The translations under genes were made by a program, and so were the position numbers. The notes under the pieces are model-generated. The model was not told the DNA's origin and searched no databases. It saw nothing but the letters and a program-made list of their open reading frames with translations. Shown here in pieces: positions 38,583-49,367 of a stretch of 64,000 nucleotides of DNA. The stretch's first letter is position 1; the number at the start of each line of letters is the position of its first letter. The stretch comes from a candidate division WOR-3 bacterium. Lineage in GTDB: Bacteria; Hydrothermota; 32-111. The stretch spans positions 1,056,001 to 1,120,000 of the forward strand of contig JBDRZU010000001.1 in NCBI GenBank assembly GCA_039804105.1. Direction: 5' to 3'.

Positions 38583-39516
38583 AAAAAAATCATCAATGAG
38601 AACAACCTATGGTAAAGAACTTGTGAATTTAGGGAAAAAATATGATGATGTAGTTGTTCTTGATGCTGATCTTGCAAAATCAACAAAAACAGAACTCTTC
38701 AAAAAAGAGTTTCCAGATAGATTTTTTGATATGGGGATATCTGAAGCGGACATGGTTGTCACAGCAGCAGGTCTTGCTTCTGTCGGGTTTAAGCCGTTTT
38801 GTTCTTCATTTGCAATCTTTTTAACTGGAAGAGTTTATGACCAGATCAGAAACTCCATAGCATATCCTCATTGGAATGTGAAACTTGTTGCTTCTCATGC
38901 TGGAATCTCTGTCGGAGAGGATGGAGCAAGCCACCAGATGGTTGAGGATATTTCTCTTACAAGAGTTATACCTGGCATGACAATAATATCTCCTTCTGAT
39001 TCAACGATGGTGAAAAATTTGATGGAAAAAATTTATCATTATGATTCATATCTTTATATGCGACTTTCAAGAAACGATGTTTATGACATATATCCTGAAA
39101 ATACAAATTTTGAAATCGGTGATTCTTATATACACAAAATTGGAAAAGATTTAACGATCATTTCAACAGGTCAGATGGTTGCCAAAGCGTTAGAAGCAAA
39201 AAATGAGCTTGAAAAAGAAGGTATCGATACAGGTGTTGTTGATATGTACACATTAAAGCCACTCGATACAAAAACTATTGATAAAATTTTAAACACTTCA
39301 AAAGGAATTCTTGTTTGTGAGGAACATTCCTATATCGGTGGACTTTTTGGTGCTGTATCAGAATATGTTGTTAGAAAATATCCTGTTCCTGTAGATTTTG
39401 TTGCTTTGGAAGATGTGTTCGGTGAATCAGGAAAAGTTGAGGAACTTTTTGAAAAATATTCACTTGATACAAAATCTATAATTAAAAAGGGGAAAAAACT
39501 TTATGATAGAATTTAG
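38575..39516 (+). CDS. Transketolase C-terminal subunit
   Basis: DADLAKST, MGISEADM, GEDGASHQ, EEHSYIGGL. Confidence 0.95.
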   Translation: MFEKKSSMRTTYGKELVNLGKKYDDVVVLDADLAKSTKTELFKKEFPDRFFDMGISEADMVVTAAGLASVGFKPFCSSFAIFLTGRVYDQIRNSIAYPHWNVKLVASHAGISVGEDGASHQMVEDISLTRVIPGMTIISPSDSTMVKNLMEKIYHYDSYLYMRLSRNDVYDIYPENTNFEIGDSYIHKIGKDLTIISTGQMVAKALEAKNELEKEGIDTGVVDMYTLKPLDTKTIDKILNTSKGILVCEEHSYIGGLFGAVSEYVVRKYPVPVDFVALEDVFGESGKVEELFEKYSLDTKSIIKKGKKLYDRI

Positions 39517-40198
39517 AAATGTTTCAAAATATTATAAAAACAATTGGCTCGCTTTAAATAAAGTCAACCTGTTTTTTGAAAAGGGACAATTTTATTATTT
39601 GATAGGAAAAAGTGGAGCAGGAAAATCAACAATTTTGAAAATGATATATATGGAAATATTTCCTTCCGAGGGAGAAGTTATAGTTGGAAATCATAGTAGC
39701 AAAACAATAAAACAAAATGAAATTCCTCTTTTAAGAAGAAAAATTGGTGTAATCTTTCAGGATTTTAAACTTTTAAAGGATAGAAATGTTTATGATAACG
39801 TTGCTTTCGCTTTACAGGTTACAGGTGAAAGGTATCAAAATATCAAAAAAAAGACACTTGAAGCACTTTCCCTTGTAAAAATCTCTCACAAAAGAAACTC
39901 TTTCCCATATCAACTTTCAGGCGGAGAACAACAAAAGGTTGCTATCGCAAGAGCACTTGTAAAAGAGCCGTTTATACTTATTGCTGATGAGCCAACAGGA
40001 AATGTTGATCCTGAAGGAACCAAAGAGATTATGGATATACTTTTTGATATAAACACAAAAGGAACCGCGATACTTATGGCAACACATGATTATTCACTAA
40101 TCAAAACATCAATTGGAAAAGTAATTGGCCTTCGAGAAGGTAAAATTGTGAAGCCAGAGGATATTTTCAAACTCGATCTTTCAGGGGGGAAAGAATGA
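39503..40198 (+). CDS. ftsE: Cell division ATP-binding protein FtsE
   Basis: GKSGAGKST, LRRKIGVIFQDFKLL, LSGGEQQ, ADEPTGN. Confidence 0.93.
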   Translation: MIEFRNVSKYYKNNWLALNKVNLFFEKGQFYYLIGKSGAGKSTILKMIYMEIFPSEGEVIVGNHSSKTIKQNEIPLLRRKIGVIFQDFKLLKDRNVYDNVAFALQVTGERYQNIKKKTLEALSLVKISHKRNSFPYQLSGGEQQKVAIARALVKEPFILIADEPTGNVDPEGTKEIMDILFDINTKGTAILMATHDYSLIKTSIGKVIGLREGKIVKPEDIFKLDLSGGKE

Positions 40199-41106
40199 TC
40201 TATATTTTGCAGGAGACATTCAAAGGATTTTTCAAAAATAAATCGATGAATCTCATCACAATTGGAACTATAACAGTTGCCATATTCATTTTTGGACTCT
40301 TTATTGCAGGAACAACAAATCTTTTGAATGTTATAAGAATCGCTGAAGATCGAATTGAAATGGTTGTCTATCTAAAAGATGATATTACGAAAGAACAGAT
40401 TGAAAATATACAAAATAAAATCTCAACGATACTTGGTGTTCAATCAACACAGTTTGTTTCAAAAGAGGAAGCTCTTGAACAGTTTCGAAAAGATTTAAAA
40501 GATGATGCAACACTTCTATCAGCGTTTGAAACAAATCCTCTTCCTCCATCAATAAAGGTAAATATCAGTATGGCTTTTAAGACCCCAGAGTATCTTAAAG
40601 AAATATCGGATAAAATAAAAATATTTGAAGGTGTTGACGATGTTGACTATGGCGCAGAATGGATAAAAGAACTGGATAAACTTGTTAAAATCCTTTTCTT
40701 CATTGATATTTTTCTCGGTATAATCATAATTTTTGCATCAATATTTATCGTTTTTAATACTATTCGATTGACCGTCTATGCAAGAAAAGAGCAAATAGAT
40801 ATAATGGATCTCGTTGGTGCAACAGAGATTTACATTGAATTACCATACATAATCGAAGGGATGGTTTATGGATTTTTAGGATCGTTAATATCAACATTGA
40901 TTTTATATATCTTGTTTGAGACAATCAGCAAAAAGATTCCAAATCTAATTTTCATGAACAATAACGCAATATTCTTTTTTATCTTTTTTGGAACAATACT
41001 AGGTTTTATCGGTTCTTTCCTATCTGTAAAACAATGTATCAATGAGATAAGAGAGATGAAGCGTGATGATAGTTTGAAAAGGACTACATTAAAGAGGTCA
41101 TTTTGA
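40195..41106 (+). CDS. ftsX: Cell division permease FtsX
   Basis: VSKEEAL, NPLPPS, NTIRLTVYARKEQIDIMDLVGAT; follows ftsE. Confidence 0.93.
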   Translation: MIYILQETFKGFFKNKSMNLITIGTITVAIFIFGLFIAGTTNLLNVIRIAEDRIEMVVYLKDDITKEQIENIQNKISTILGVQSTQFVSKEEALEQFRKDLKDDATLLSAFETNPLPPSIKVNISMAFKTPEYLKEISDKIKIFEGVDDVDYGAEWIKELDKLVKILFFIDIFLGIIIIFASIFIVFNTIRLTVYARKEQIDIMDLVGATEIYIELPYIIEGMVYGFLGSLISTLILYILFETISKKIPNLIFMNNNAIFFFIFFGTILGFIGSFLSVKQCINEIREMKRDDSLKRTTLKRSF

Positions 41107-42273
41107 AAAAACTGTTATAGAACTTTTTCTATAAATTAAAATATCATTTGGAGTTTGTAAATATTCTTTATTTGCAGGAAAAACTTTGATTTTATAATCT
41201 GTCATTTTTGGTTTTCCTTCTTTCATAAAATCATCAAACCTTCTTTTAAAAATATTTATCGCTTCATCATTTCCCCAGAAGTATACTTTTTTGTTCTGCA
41301 ATAATGCTATTCCACTTCCCCTTGTTCTAACAAATATGCCATAACAAACATTCTTCTTGAATCCTTCAAGAGGATAGTAACTTATAAAATTTTGATCTAC
41401 AATCGAAAGATAGAAGAGAAAATCGTCTATCTCTTCTTCAGAAAATTTTTCGAACATATTTGAAAGTTCAAAATCTATTGATGCTTCATCTTCTATTATT
41501 TTTTTCAAACTTTTTAAACTGTTTTCATAATAAGAGTAATGTGAAACAATAGAAAAATTACCTTTTAATGGAAAGAAATGCACATGTTTGTAAACTCTTC
41601 CTTCGAGTTTATCCTCTTTTGTTTTTTCAAGCCCAACAATTACCTGATAACCTCTTGTTGAAAGCGGAGCAACGATTTTGCCTCCCACTTTTAATTGTTC
41701 GATCCAGAAACTTGTTATATCCGCAACAGTGCATGAAACAAATATTCTATCGTATGGAGCAAAATCAGAAATTCCATAACCACCATCTCCTTTTTCAATG
41801 TATATATTTTGAAGATTTATTTTTTTCATATTTTTTTTCAAAATTTCGAACACATAATCGTTCATCTCTACTGTAAATATATGGCCATTTTTAATAATAT
41901 CTGCCAATAAAGCAGTTGTATATCCCACTCCCGATCCAATTTCTAGTATTTTGTTTCCATCATGTATATCAAGAAGTTTTAACATATAAAAAATTACAGC
42001 GGGAGAGGATATTGAAGTTATTGTATCACCATTGATATAAAAATTTATCGAATTCTCAGTGTATACAGTTCTCAAAAGAACTGGATCAGAGAAAATTTCA
42101 TCTATCGTCTTTTTTACTTTTTTGTCATTTAAACAAAGACAAACATTATCTATAAAATCCAATCTGTTGAACTTAAAATAACTCTCAACCATTTTTTGAT
42201 CTACCTGTCCAAATTTTTCTTCAATCTTTTTTAGTATATTTTTGTCCAACTCTTTTAATTCTTCTTTTTCCAT
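41098..42273 (-). CDS. Protein-L-isoaspartate O-methyltransferase-like (extended C-terminus)
   Basis: SISSP, ILEIGSGVGY, GDGGYG..APYDRI, EQLKVGG. Confidence 0.8.
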   Translation of the reverse strand: MEKEELKELDKNILKKIEEKFGQVDQKMVESYFKFNRLDFIDNVCLCLNDKKVKKTIDEIFSDPVLLRTVYTENSINFYINGDTITSISSPAVIFYMLKLLDIHDGNKILEIGSGVGYTTALLADIIKNGHIFTVEMNDYVFEILKKNMKKINLQNIYIEKGDGGYGISDFAPYDRIFVSCTVADITSFWIEQLKVGGKIVAPLSTRGYQVIVGLEKTKEDKLEGRVYKHVHFFPLKGNFSIVSHYSYYENSLKSLKKIIEDEASIDFELSNMFEKFSEEEIDDFLFYLSIVDQNFISYYPLEGFKKNVCYGIFVRTRGSGIALLQNKKVYFWGNDEAINIFKRRFDDFMKEGKPKMTDYKIKVFPANKEYLQTPNDILIYRKSSITVFSK

Positions 42274-42274
42274 A

Positions 42275-43270
42275 TCAATTCCTTGAAAAAACTTTTATTC
42301 CTAAATCTGAAAACTCATTTTTTATAAATTTTAAATATGCAAGCCCAGCAGTTAATGCAGCATTGTCAGTGCAAAATTCAAAAAGAGGAATGTATATTTC
42401 ATCGATTCTGTTTTCAAAAAGTTTTTTAAATCTTTCTCTGAAATAACTGTTAGCGGAAACTCCTCCAGCAAGTGAAACAGATTTAATTCTATCCTTGTAA
42501 TCATGATAACATTTTTCAAATACATTTAAAAGTTGTTCAACTATTGCTTTCTGTAAAGATGCTGAAATGTGTTTAATATTTTCACTTACAAATTTTTCTC
42601 CCATTTTTTGAGTATAATACAAAACTGAAGTTTTTAAACCACTAAAAGAAAAATCGTATCCATCAAGTTTAGAAACAGGAAATTTATAAAAATTTTCATC
42701 TCCATTTTTCGCAACACTTTCAATAACCGGACCTCCAGGATAACCAAGATTCAAAATTTTTGCACATTTATCAAACGCTTCCCCCGCAGCATCATCTTTT
42801 GTTCTTCCGAGTAGTTCCACTTTAAAATCTTCATCCACATAAAATATTGAAGTGTGTCCCCCAGAAACAACCAAACTTAACATCGGTAATTTTATATTTT
42901 TGTATGTTAAAACATTTCCATAAATATGCCCAACAATATGATCTGTTGTTATAAGCTTTTTATTATGTCTTATACATACCGCCTCGGCAAAGGATACTCC
43001 AACCATTAAAGAACCAACAAGACCTGGTCCATTAACAACTGATATTGCATCTATATCTTGAATCTTCAAATTTGCTTTTTTTAAAGATTCATTTGCAACA
43101 TTTAAAATAAAATTTACATGTTCTCTTGAAGAAAGATCTGGAACAACTCCACCGAACTTAGAATGAACAACTTGCGTTTTCACAACATTTGATAACACAT
43201 TCACTCCATCTTCAACAACAGAAACTGAAGTTTCATCACAGGAAGTTTCTATTCCAAGTATTTTTGTCAT
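42275..43270 (-). CDS. tsaD: tRNA t6A biosynthesis protein TsaD
   Basis: LGIETSCDET, GGVVP, GPGL, VSGGHT, DDAAGEAFDK, CTDNAA. Confidence 0.96.
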   Translation of the reverse strand: MTKILGIETSCDETSVSVVEDGVNVLSNVVKTQVVHSKFGGVVPDLSSREHVNFILNVANESLKKANLKIQDIDAISVVNGPGLVGSLMVGVSFAEAVCIRHNKKLITTDHIVGHIYGNVLTYKNIKLPMLSLVVSGGHTSIFYVDEDFKVELLGRTKDDAAGEAFDKCAKILNLGYPGGPVIESVAKNGDENFYKFPVSKLDGYDFSFSGLKTSVLYYTQKMGEKFVSENIKHISASLQKAIVEQLLNVFEKCYHDYKDRIKSVSLAGGVSANSYFRERFKKLFENRIDEIYIPLFEFCTDNAALTAGLAYLKFIKNEFSDLGIKVFSRN

Positions 43271-44196
43271 CTAACAACCACCTTGATCTCTGATGGATTC
43301 ACATTTTTTATTCTAACAAATTCTTTGATTGGCTGATTAACTCTTAAAATATATTCTCCTTTTTTTTCTATTGAAGAAAGATCAATAGTCAAAGTTAATT
43401 CTCCAGGAAGCATATTTTTTATCAAAGATTCTGGACCTTCAACTTCAACTGTAGCACTTAAACTATCAGGTAAAATCTTCAAATTTTTATTTTTGTTAAC
43501 AAAAAGAACTGGAACATCTTGAAAAATTTTAGCAATTTTTCTCTCAATAAAAAACTTAACATTTATATAATGGGTTTCGTATTCTATAAATTCACTAATC
43601 TTTTTAAGTTTTGTTTTTAAAGATAAACTTTTTTTAAGTTCGGAAAGATCTATTTCTTCACTCTCAACAAAATCAAGATCTTTGATCAAAATTTCAGGTC
43701 CAGATATTTTTATTCTCTTCGGTTCAAACTCAACATCTTTATAAAATGAAATATTTTGGTTCAAAACACCTTTAAATTTTAAAACTACATTAACATCTTT
43801 TATAATTTTTCTATTAATATAATATTTTAAAATCCTTTTACCTTTGAATTTAATCGGCACCAAATTAACCTGCTGTGGAATTAAAAGATTATCAAAGTTC
43901 AACTCTTCTTCATTTTCTCTTAAATCATAATTTTCGACTCGTATCTCATATTGAGGGAAAATTTTTAACAATTTCATCATCATAAAATCTTTTCTCTTCC
44001 CTGAAAATTCAATTTCTATCTCACTTCCATCATAGATAAAAAAAGTCATATCTTCATCATCTGTAATTATATTAACCCTGACTGGAAAAGTTATAACCAA
44101 ATCTTCCTGAATAAAAGCATAGAACCAAATCAAAAAACCTATGAGTAATGAAATTAATTTTAACGAGATGTTTGTTTTAAAAAAATTTTTGTTCAT
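43267..44196 (-). CDS. YbbR/CdaR-like protein
   Basis: N-terminal TM (LKLISLLIGFLIWFY) plus repeated YbbR-like beta domains (P.RIKISGP, VEVEGP). Confidence 0.8.
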   Translation of the reverse strand: MNKNFFKTNISLKLISLLIGFLIWFYAFIQEDLVITFPVRVNIITDDEDMTFFIYDGSEIEIEFSGKRKDFMMMKLLKIFPQYEIRVENYDLRENEEELNFDNLLIPQQVNLVPIKFKGKRILKYYINRKIIKDVNVVLKFKGVLNQNISFYKDVEFEPKRIKISGPEILIKDLDFVESEEIDLSELKKSLSLKTKLKKISEFIEYETHYINVKFFIERKIAKIFQDVPVLFVNKNKNLKILPDSLSATVEVEGPESLIKNMLPGELTLTIDLSSIEKKGEYILRVNQPIKEFVRIKNVNPSEIKVVVR

Positions 44197-44404
44197 AAGT
44201 TTATATTATAATAAAGAAATAAAATGTCAACAAAATGATTTTACAAATTTCTAAGTTTTTATATTTTTACACTTATGGCTATTTTTATTTTTTTAAAAAA
44301 TCAATAAAAATTTTAAGTTGTTTAAAATTTATAAGTTATAAAAAAAAGTTTGATGTTTTTGGAAAATCGTCTATAATTGTTAAAAAATAAAAGGAGAGAA
44401 ATGT

Positions 44405-45892
44405 ATGAATACTCGTATAAAAGAACTTTATGGAACTGTTACAGATACTTTTAAAAATCTTTTGGTAAATTACCAGAAAGAGAGATGGAACTTTTTAACA
44501 AATGCTACAAGTGAAAACAAAAAAAGATTACTTCATTCAGTAGATGAAATAGAAAATTTTATCAACTTTGATAAAGATTTTGTTGAAATTTTTACACTTC
44601 TAAAAAAATTTCCTAAAAAGTTTACAGATTCAGAAAAAGAAATTTTAAATCAGATAAAAAAAATCTCTGAAATTATTAAAAAAACTCCTCAACAGGAAGA
44701 ATATTTTGAAACGTTTTTAACAATCTTAATGGACCTGATCAACGATAGAATAAACTTTAACAATAAAGAGACAACAACGAGTCATCTTGCTGATCTTGCC
44801 GAGCATGAAACCTCATTACAGGAAATAAGAAAAATTCAGGTACATTTTTTCAGTCCAATCGAAAAATTTAAAACAAAAATTGAAAATCTTCTTGTTTTAA
44901 GAAATGAATATGTCAAAAGTAAAAATTATAAAAACTATTTTGAATTTTTCATAAAGATGAACGATTTGAAAGAAAAAGAAATTTTTAAAGATATAGACGA
45001 GTTGGACACTCTAACAAAAGATGAATTTAAAAAATTAAAAACACAACTGGAAAATGATCTGGAAAAAAAGTTAAAAGTTCAGGCGAAAGGCAATCCTTCT
45101 TACATTTATGGAGATCCATTCTTCCGAACATATCCAGTTCATCTTGATGATAATGTAAACACAATGTTTAAGGGTAAAGATATCGCTTACACTGGAAAAA
45201 AATTCTTTGAAATAATGGGTTATGACCTCTCTGATATTTATGAAGTTTCAGATCTTTATATAAGACCAGGAAAATACCAATATCCTTTTATTATTGATTT
45301 AGATGGAAGTGATATAAGATTCTCGGTGAATACCAAATCAAATTTCAGAGGAACATACTGGGTTTTGAGAACACTTTCAAAAGTTGTTTACAAACTTGAA
45401 AAATCAAAAAATAAAAATTTCTTTGGAAGAGATAATTTTGACAGAATAAAAATGGAGGCATTCGGAATCATTGTAACCAATTTTGCTTTCAAATCTGGCT
45501 TGATATCAAGGATCTCATCTCAATACGAGGATGAAGAGGATGTACTTTCTTTAGATATTTCAGATTATGTTGAAAAAAACAATATAATACTCTCAAGGTT
45601 TTTTCTTACACTGTCAAATTTTGAAATTGATATAAACAATATTGAAAAGATTAACAATATTTCAGATATCTGGTTGAAAAACATAAAAAAATATCAAATG
45701 ATTGAACCTAAAGATGTTTTTAACAAAGATGGGTGGGTACTGATCGATTCTATTATAACGGATCCATTCTCTTCTATTTTTGAAGTTGAAGGATTTTTAC
45801 TTTCAAAAAAACTTGAAAAGAAAATAGATTTTAAAAATTTAAAACAGAAATTATTTGTGAAAACAATTTTTGAAATGCTTGAAAATATATAA
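44405..45892 (+). CDS. M2/M3-like metallopeptidase homolog lacking HEXXH
   Basis: LRNEY...YKNYFE, YGDPFFRTYP, SDLYIRPGK; the expected HEXXH position reads VLRTLSKVVY. Confidence 0.6.
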   Translation: MNTRIKELYGTVTDTFKNLLVNYQKERWNFLTNATSENKKRLLHSVDEIENFINFDKDFVEIFTLLKKFPKKFTDSEKEILNQIKKISEIIKKTPQQEEYFETFLTILMDLINDRINFNNKETTTSHLADLAEHETSLQEIRKIQVHFFSPIEKFKTKIENLLVLRNEYVKSKNYKNYFEFFIKMNDLKEKEIFKDIDELDTLTKDEFKKLKTQLENDLEKKLKVQAKGNPSYIYGDPFFRTYPVHLDDNVNTMFKGKDIAYTGKKFFEIMGYDLSDIYEVSDLYIRPGKYQYPFIIDLDGSDIRFSVNTKSNFRGTYWVLRTLSKVVYKLEKSKNKNFFGRDNFDRIKMEAFGIIVTNFAFKSGLISRISSQYEDEEDVLSLDISDYVEKNNIILSRFFLTLSNFEIDINNIEKINNISDIWLKNIKKYQMIEPKDVFNKDGWVLIDSIITDPFSSIFEVEGFLLSKKLEKKIDFKNLKQKLFVKTIFEMLENI

Positions 45893-46763
45893 TTTTGATG
45901 TGATAAAAAATATTTTATTGCTATTCTTTTTAATAATATCTTCTACTTTAAATGCATATACTTTTATTGTGTTTTCTTTTAATCAGAATTTGTTAAAAGA
46001 AAATGAATTTTTAATCTATTCAGATGATAAATTCCTCTCATTAAGTTTTGATTCTCTTAAGAATACCTCATTTATCGCAGTTTTTGATTTTTCGTACAGG
46101 GCAAAAATGTTCTGGGGCCCAACAAAGATTTCTTACGAGGACAAAATCTTATATTTCGATTTCAATGAAAACATTTTGTTTACTTTTAATCAGTTAAATG
46201 AACTTGAAAACGATGTTTTCTTAGATGATACAACTCTTGCTAAAGCATCCTTTGTAAATAATCTCAAAGACCTCAATAATGTTATGTATGGCATTTTTCA
46301 GTTGAATCATAATGAAAAAGATTTTTATTTCTTCTCCTGTGCCTATGAAAAAAATGATATTTTAAAAACTTATTTTGATATAAAAAACTACTATGAAGAA
46401 AAAAATTTCGACTCTTTAAAAACCATTTTTAAAAGATTACACAAAATTTATCCAAACAATAAAGATTTTTTCCAGTTTTACATATTATCTTTACTCGATT
46501 GTGCAGAGTTTAACGAAGCATATTCATATATGGACACATATCTTATAAAATTTGATGATGACACTTTCTACTATTCGATCAAAGGAAACATTCAAGCAAT
46601 CTGGGGAAATCTTGAAAAAGCAAAAAATTATTTTGAAAAGGGAAGAAAAAAATATCCAGAATCTTTAACACTTTTAAACGATATTTTGAATGTATATTCT
46701 ATAACAGATTCATTAAAATTTGATGAATATAAAAATTATCTCGATTTAAAATTGAAAAGATAA
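45870..46763 (+). CDS. Exported TPR-containing hypothetical protein (true start probably GTG ~45900)
   Basis: Signal-like N-terminus; C-terminal TPR-like helices (KGNIQAIWGNLEKAKNYFEKG). Confidence 0.6.
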   Translation: MKCLKIYNFDVIKNILLLFFLIISSTLNAYTFIVFSFNQNLLKENEFLIYSDDKFLSLSFDSLKNTSFIAVFDFSYRAKMFWGPTKISYEDKILYFDFNENILFTFNQLNELENDVFLDDTTLAKASFVNNLKDLNNVMYGIFQLNHNEKDFYFFSCAYEKNDILKTYFDIKNYYEEKNFDSLKTIFKRLHKIYPNNKDFFQFYILSLLDCAEFNEAYSYMDTYLIKFDDDTFYYSIKGNIQAIWGNLEKAKNYFEKGRKKYPESLTLLNDILNVYSITDSLKFDEYKNYLDLKLKR

Positions 46764-46818
46764 AATCTTGACTTTTTTAATGTTTATGTTAATTTAAAAT
46801 TTAATAAGGAGCGTGAAT

Positions 46819-47484
46819 ATGAAAAGATTATTAATGATCGTCTTTTTCATGTTGATTTCAACACTTTTATACTCTCAGAATTATTACAAAGATACACTAA
46901 AATTTGAAACCAGGAATGTAAAATGTATTTATGAGTATCCAGTTTTAAAAGGAGAAAAATATAATATTGTAAATAAACAATTGAAAGAAAAAATTTTCCA
47001 GATGTTTGAAAACGACTATAAAAATCTTTGTGATCTTTCAAAAATGGATACTTTTTTTTCCAATATTACATTCTATTCTGAACTTTCATGTTCGATTTTT
47101 TCAATAAATGATACTTTTTTAAGTATAAGATTCTATAATGAATCTTTTTCCGGTGGAGCACATCCATCTCATAATTTTTTTTCTTATAACTATAATTTTA
47201 AACTTGGAAGAGAGTTTGAATTTAAAGATCATAATGTAGAAAAAAATGCACTAAAAAAAATTTCAGAATATTGCAAAAAAGAAATAAAAAAACAGTTGAA
47301 AGAAAAAAATGAACAAAATATTGATTTTGAAATTCCAGCCAATATAGAAACATTTAAAATTTTTAACATAGATAAAAATGGAATATACTTTACTTTCAAC
47401 GAATACGAATTTTTACCTTATTATCTGGGCAGTTTTTCTGTTTTTATACCACATAATGAATTTAGTAAATTTACAACAAAATAA
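46819..47484 (+). CDS. DUF3298/RsiV (PdaC-like) exported protein
   Basis: Signal peptide; YEYP, SGGAHPSH, FTFNEYEFLPYYLG. Confidence 0.82.
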   Translation: MKRLLMIVFFMLISTLLYSQNYYKDTLKFETRNVKCIYEYPVLKGEKYNIVNKQLKEKIFQMFENDYKNLCDLSKMDTFFSNITFYSELSCSIFSINDTFLSIRFYNESFSGGAHPSHNFFSYNYNFKLGREFEFKDHNVEKNALKKISEYCKKEIKKQLKEKNEQNIDFEIPANIETFKIFNIDKNGIYFTFNEYEFLPYYLGSFSVFIPHNEFSKFTTK

Positions 47485-47547
47485 GATCTTTAATTGTTGA
47501 CTTTGACTTTTTTATGTTTAAAATTTCTATTTGATTGAGGAGAATGT

Positions 47548-48366
47548 TTGTTTAAATTAAGATTTTGGGGAGTAAGGGGTTCAGTCCCTTCTCCAGGAAA
47601 AGAAACAAACTTTTTTGGTGGTAATACAACATGTGTTTCAATTGAAAACAATAAAACTTTTTTAATAATAGATGCAGGAACTGGAATCAGAAATATCAAT
47701 TTTTATTTAAATGAAAGAAAAATTGATAAAATCTATATAATTTTTACACACTATCATTGGGACCATTTACAGGGTTTACCCTTTTTTGCTCCAATATTTA
47801 ATCCCCAGATTAAGATTGAAATTTTTGGTAAAAAAAATGTTTCTGAAGTTTTATCTTTACAGATGAAACAACCATATTTCCCTGCAGATTATAAAAATCT
47901 TCCTTCAAAAATTGAACATAAAAATTTACAGAAAAAATTTAATATAGAAGACATTTTCATTGAAACTATCGAGAATAACCATCCATCAGGTTGTGTTGGA
48001 TTAAAGTTCACTTACAAAAATAGAAAAATATCTTTCATAACGGACAATGAACTTCTTGATCATGGAGAAAATATAACGACCAAAAAAGATTTTTCAGATT
48101 TTATAAAAGATACCGATATTTTTGTTCATGATGCACAATACACAAATAAAGAGATCGTATCGAAAAGGGGATGGGGACATTCTACTTTTGATGATGTTAT
48201 TGAAATAGCTAAAATGGGAGGAAACAAAAAAGTTGTTTTTACCCATCATGATCCGATGAGAAGAGATAAAGAATTAAAAGAGATAATAAATGGATTAAAG
48301 GAAAAAAATAAAAAACTTAAACTCACTGCTGCAAAAGAAGGAATGGAAATTAAATTCGATATCTAA
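47548..48366 (+). CDS. MBL-fold metallohydrolase (RNase Z/phosphodiesterase-like)
   Basis: FWGVRGSVPSPG, GGNTTC, DAGTG, THYHWDHLQG, GWGHS, THHDP. Confidence 0.9.
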   Translation: MFKLRFWGVRGSVPSPGKETNFFGGNTTCVSIENNKTFLIIDAGTGIRNINFYLNERKIDKIYIIFTHYHWDHLQGLPFFAPIFNPQIKIEIFGKKNVSEVLSLQMKQPYFPADYKNLPSKIEHKNLQKKFNIEDIFIETIENNHPSGCVGLKFTYKNRKISFITDNELLDHGENITTKKDFSDFIKDTDIFVHDAQYTNKEIVSKRGWGHSTFDDVIEIAKMGGNKKVVFTHHDPMRRDKELKEIINGLKEKNKKLKLTAAKEGMEIKFDI

Positions 48367-49367
48367 TGAGATACAATTTTAATCTGTTTATTGTATTCTC
48401 CATCATTATAACAATAGTGATTTCATTAGGTTTTTATAATATATTCCACCTATCCTCCGATGGAGTAATTTATGAGGAAAAAGATGATAAAACGATTGAA
48501 ATAGTTTATATAAAACCATCTTCATCCGGTTTTTTTACAAATCTTGAAGTTGATGATAAAATAGTTGCTGTAAATGGAAAAATACCAAAATCTTTATCAG
48601 ATCTCAAAGGAAACATTATTGAAAAAGGTGGTGCAGGAAGAATCTTAATTTACACGATAGCAAGAGGGAAACAGATTTTAAACATTCCAGTTAAACTTGG
48701 ATACTATTATTCAAGAAGTTTTTTTATAACCGAAATGATAATCGTTTCGCTTTTTTTATTCCTTTCTTTTCTTTTTTACATTTCTTTTGAAGAGAATTCC
48801 ATGGAAAGTTTTTATGTTTTCCTTTTTTACTCTTTAGTTTCTGTCACTCATATCTTTTCTTTAGTTTCATTTATCACTTATCAACTCTATATTTTTTTAA
48901 TAATCTCCGCTTCCTTTTTACCAGCGATAATAATCCATTTTTCTTTAATTTTAAGAAAGGATCTTAAAAGAGAATATATTGTCATCACTTATTTAACATC
49001 TTCCTTTATATTCTTTGTCTGGTTATTTTCATATCTCATTTTCGCTTTCACTTTAACAAAACAAAGTTTGAACAACCTAATGACAACTGTAAAAATTACT
49101 CAGTTTTTAATGGGAATTATGACACTTGTTGGAATTTTTTCTATGGTTTATTCTATTTACTCAAATATAAGAGAAAAAAAGTTCGATCTTGTAACGATTA
49201 CATCCATTTTGTTTCTTATGGGATTTTTACCATATATATTTCTCTATGCTTTTCCTGTTGCTTTTGGAAAACAAGAGATTTTGCCTGTAAACATGTGTAT
49301 TAGTTTCTCAATAATACCCCTTTTTTCAATTTTGATTTATAAGTTTTTTTCAAAATCTAAATTATGA
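48366..49367 (+). CDS. Membrane protein with periplasmic PDZ domain and ~7 TM helices
   Basis: TM, then PSSSG..LEVDDKIVAVNG (PDZ-like), then multiple TMs. Confidence 0.7.
   Translation: MRYNFNLFIVFSIIITIVISLGFYNIFHLSSDGVIYEEKDDKTIEIVYIKPSSSGFFTNLEVDDKIVAVNGKIPKSLSDLKGNIIEKGGAGRILIYTIARGKQILNIPVKLGYYYSRSFFITEMIIVSLFLFLSFLFYISFEENSMESFYVFLFYSLVSVTHIFSLVSFITYQLYIFLIISASFLPAIIIHFSLILRKDLKREYIVITYLTSSFIFFVWLFSYLIFAFTLTKQSLNNLMTTVKITQFLMGIMTLVGIFSMVYSIYSNIREKKFDLVTITSILFLMGFLPYIFLYAFPVAFGKQEILPVNMCISFSIIPLFSILIYKFFSKSKL

Noticed and set aside
44221..44230. AAAATGTCAA resembling the tail of the RAYT repeat
   Set aside because: It lacks the GGGGACGGTGC core and is explained as the -35 of the ybbR promoter
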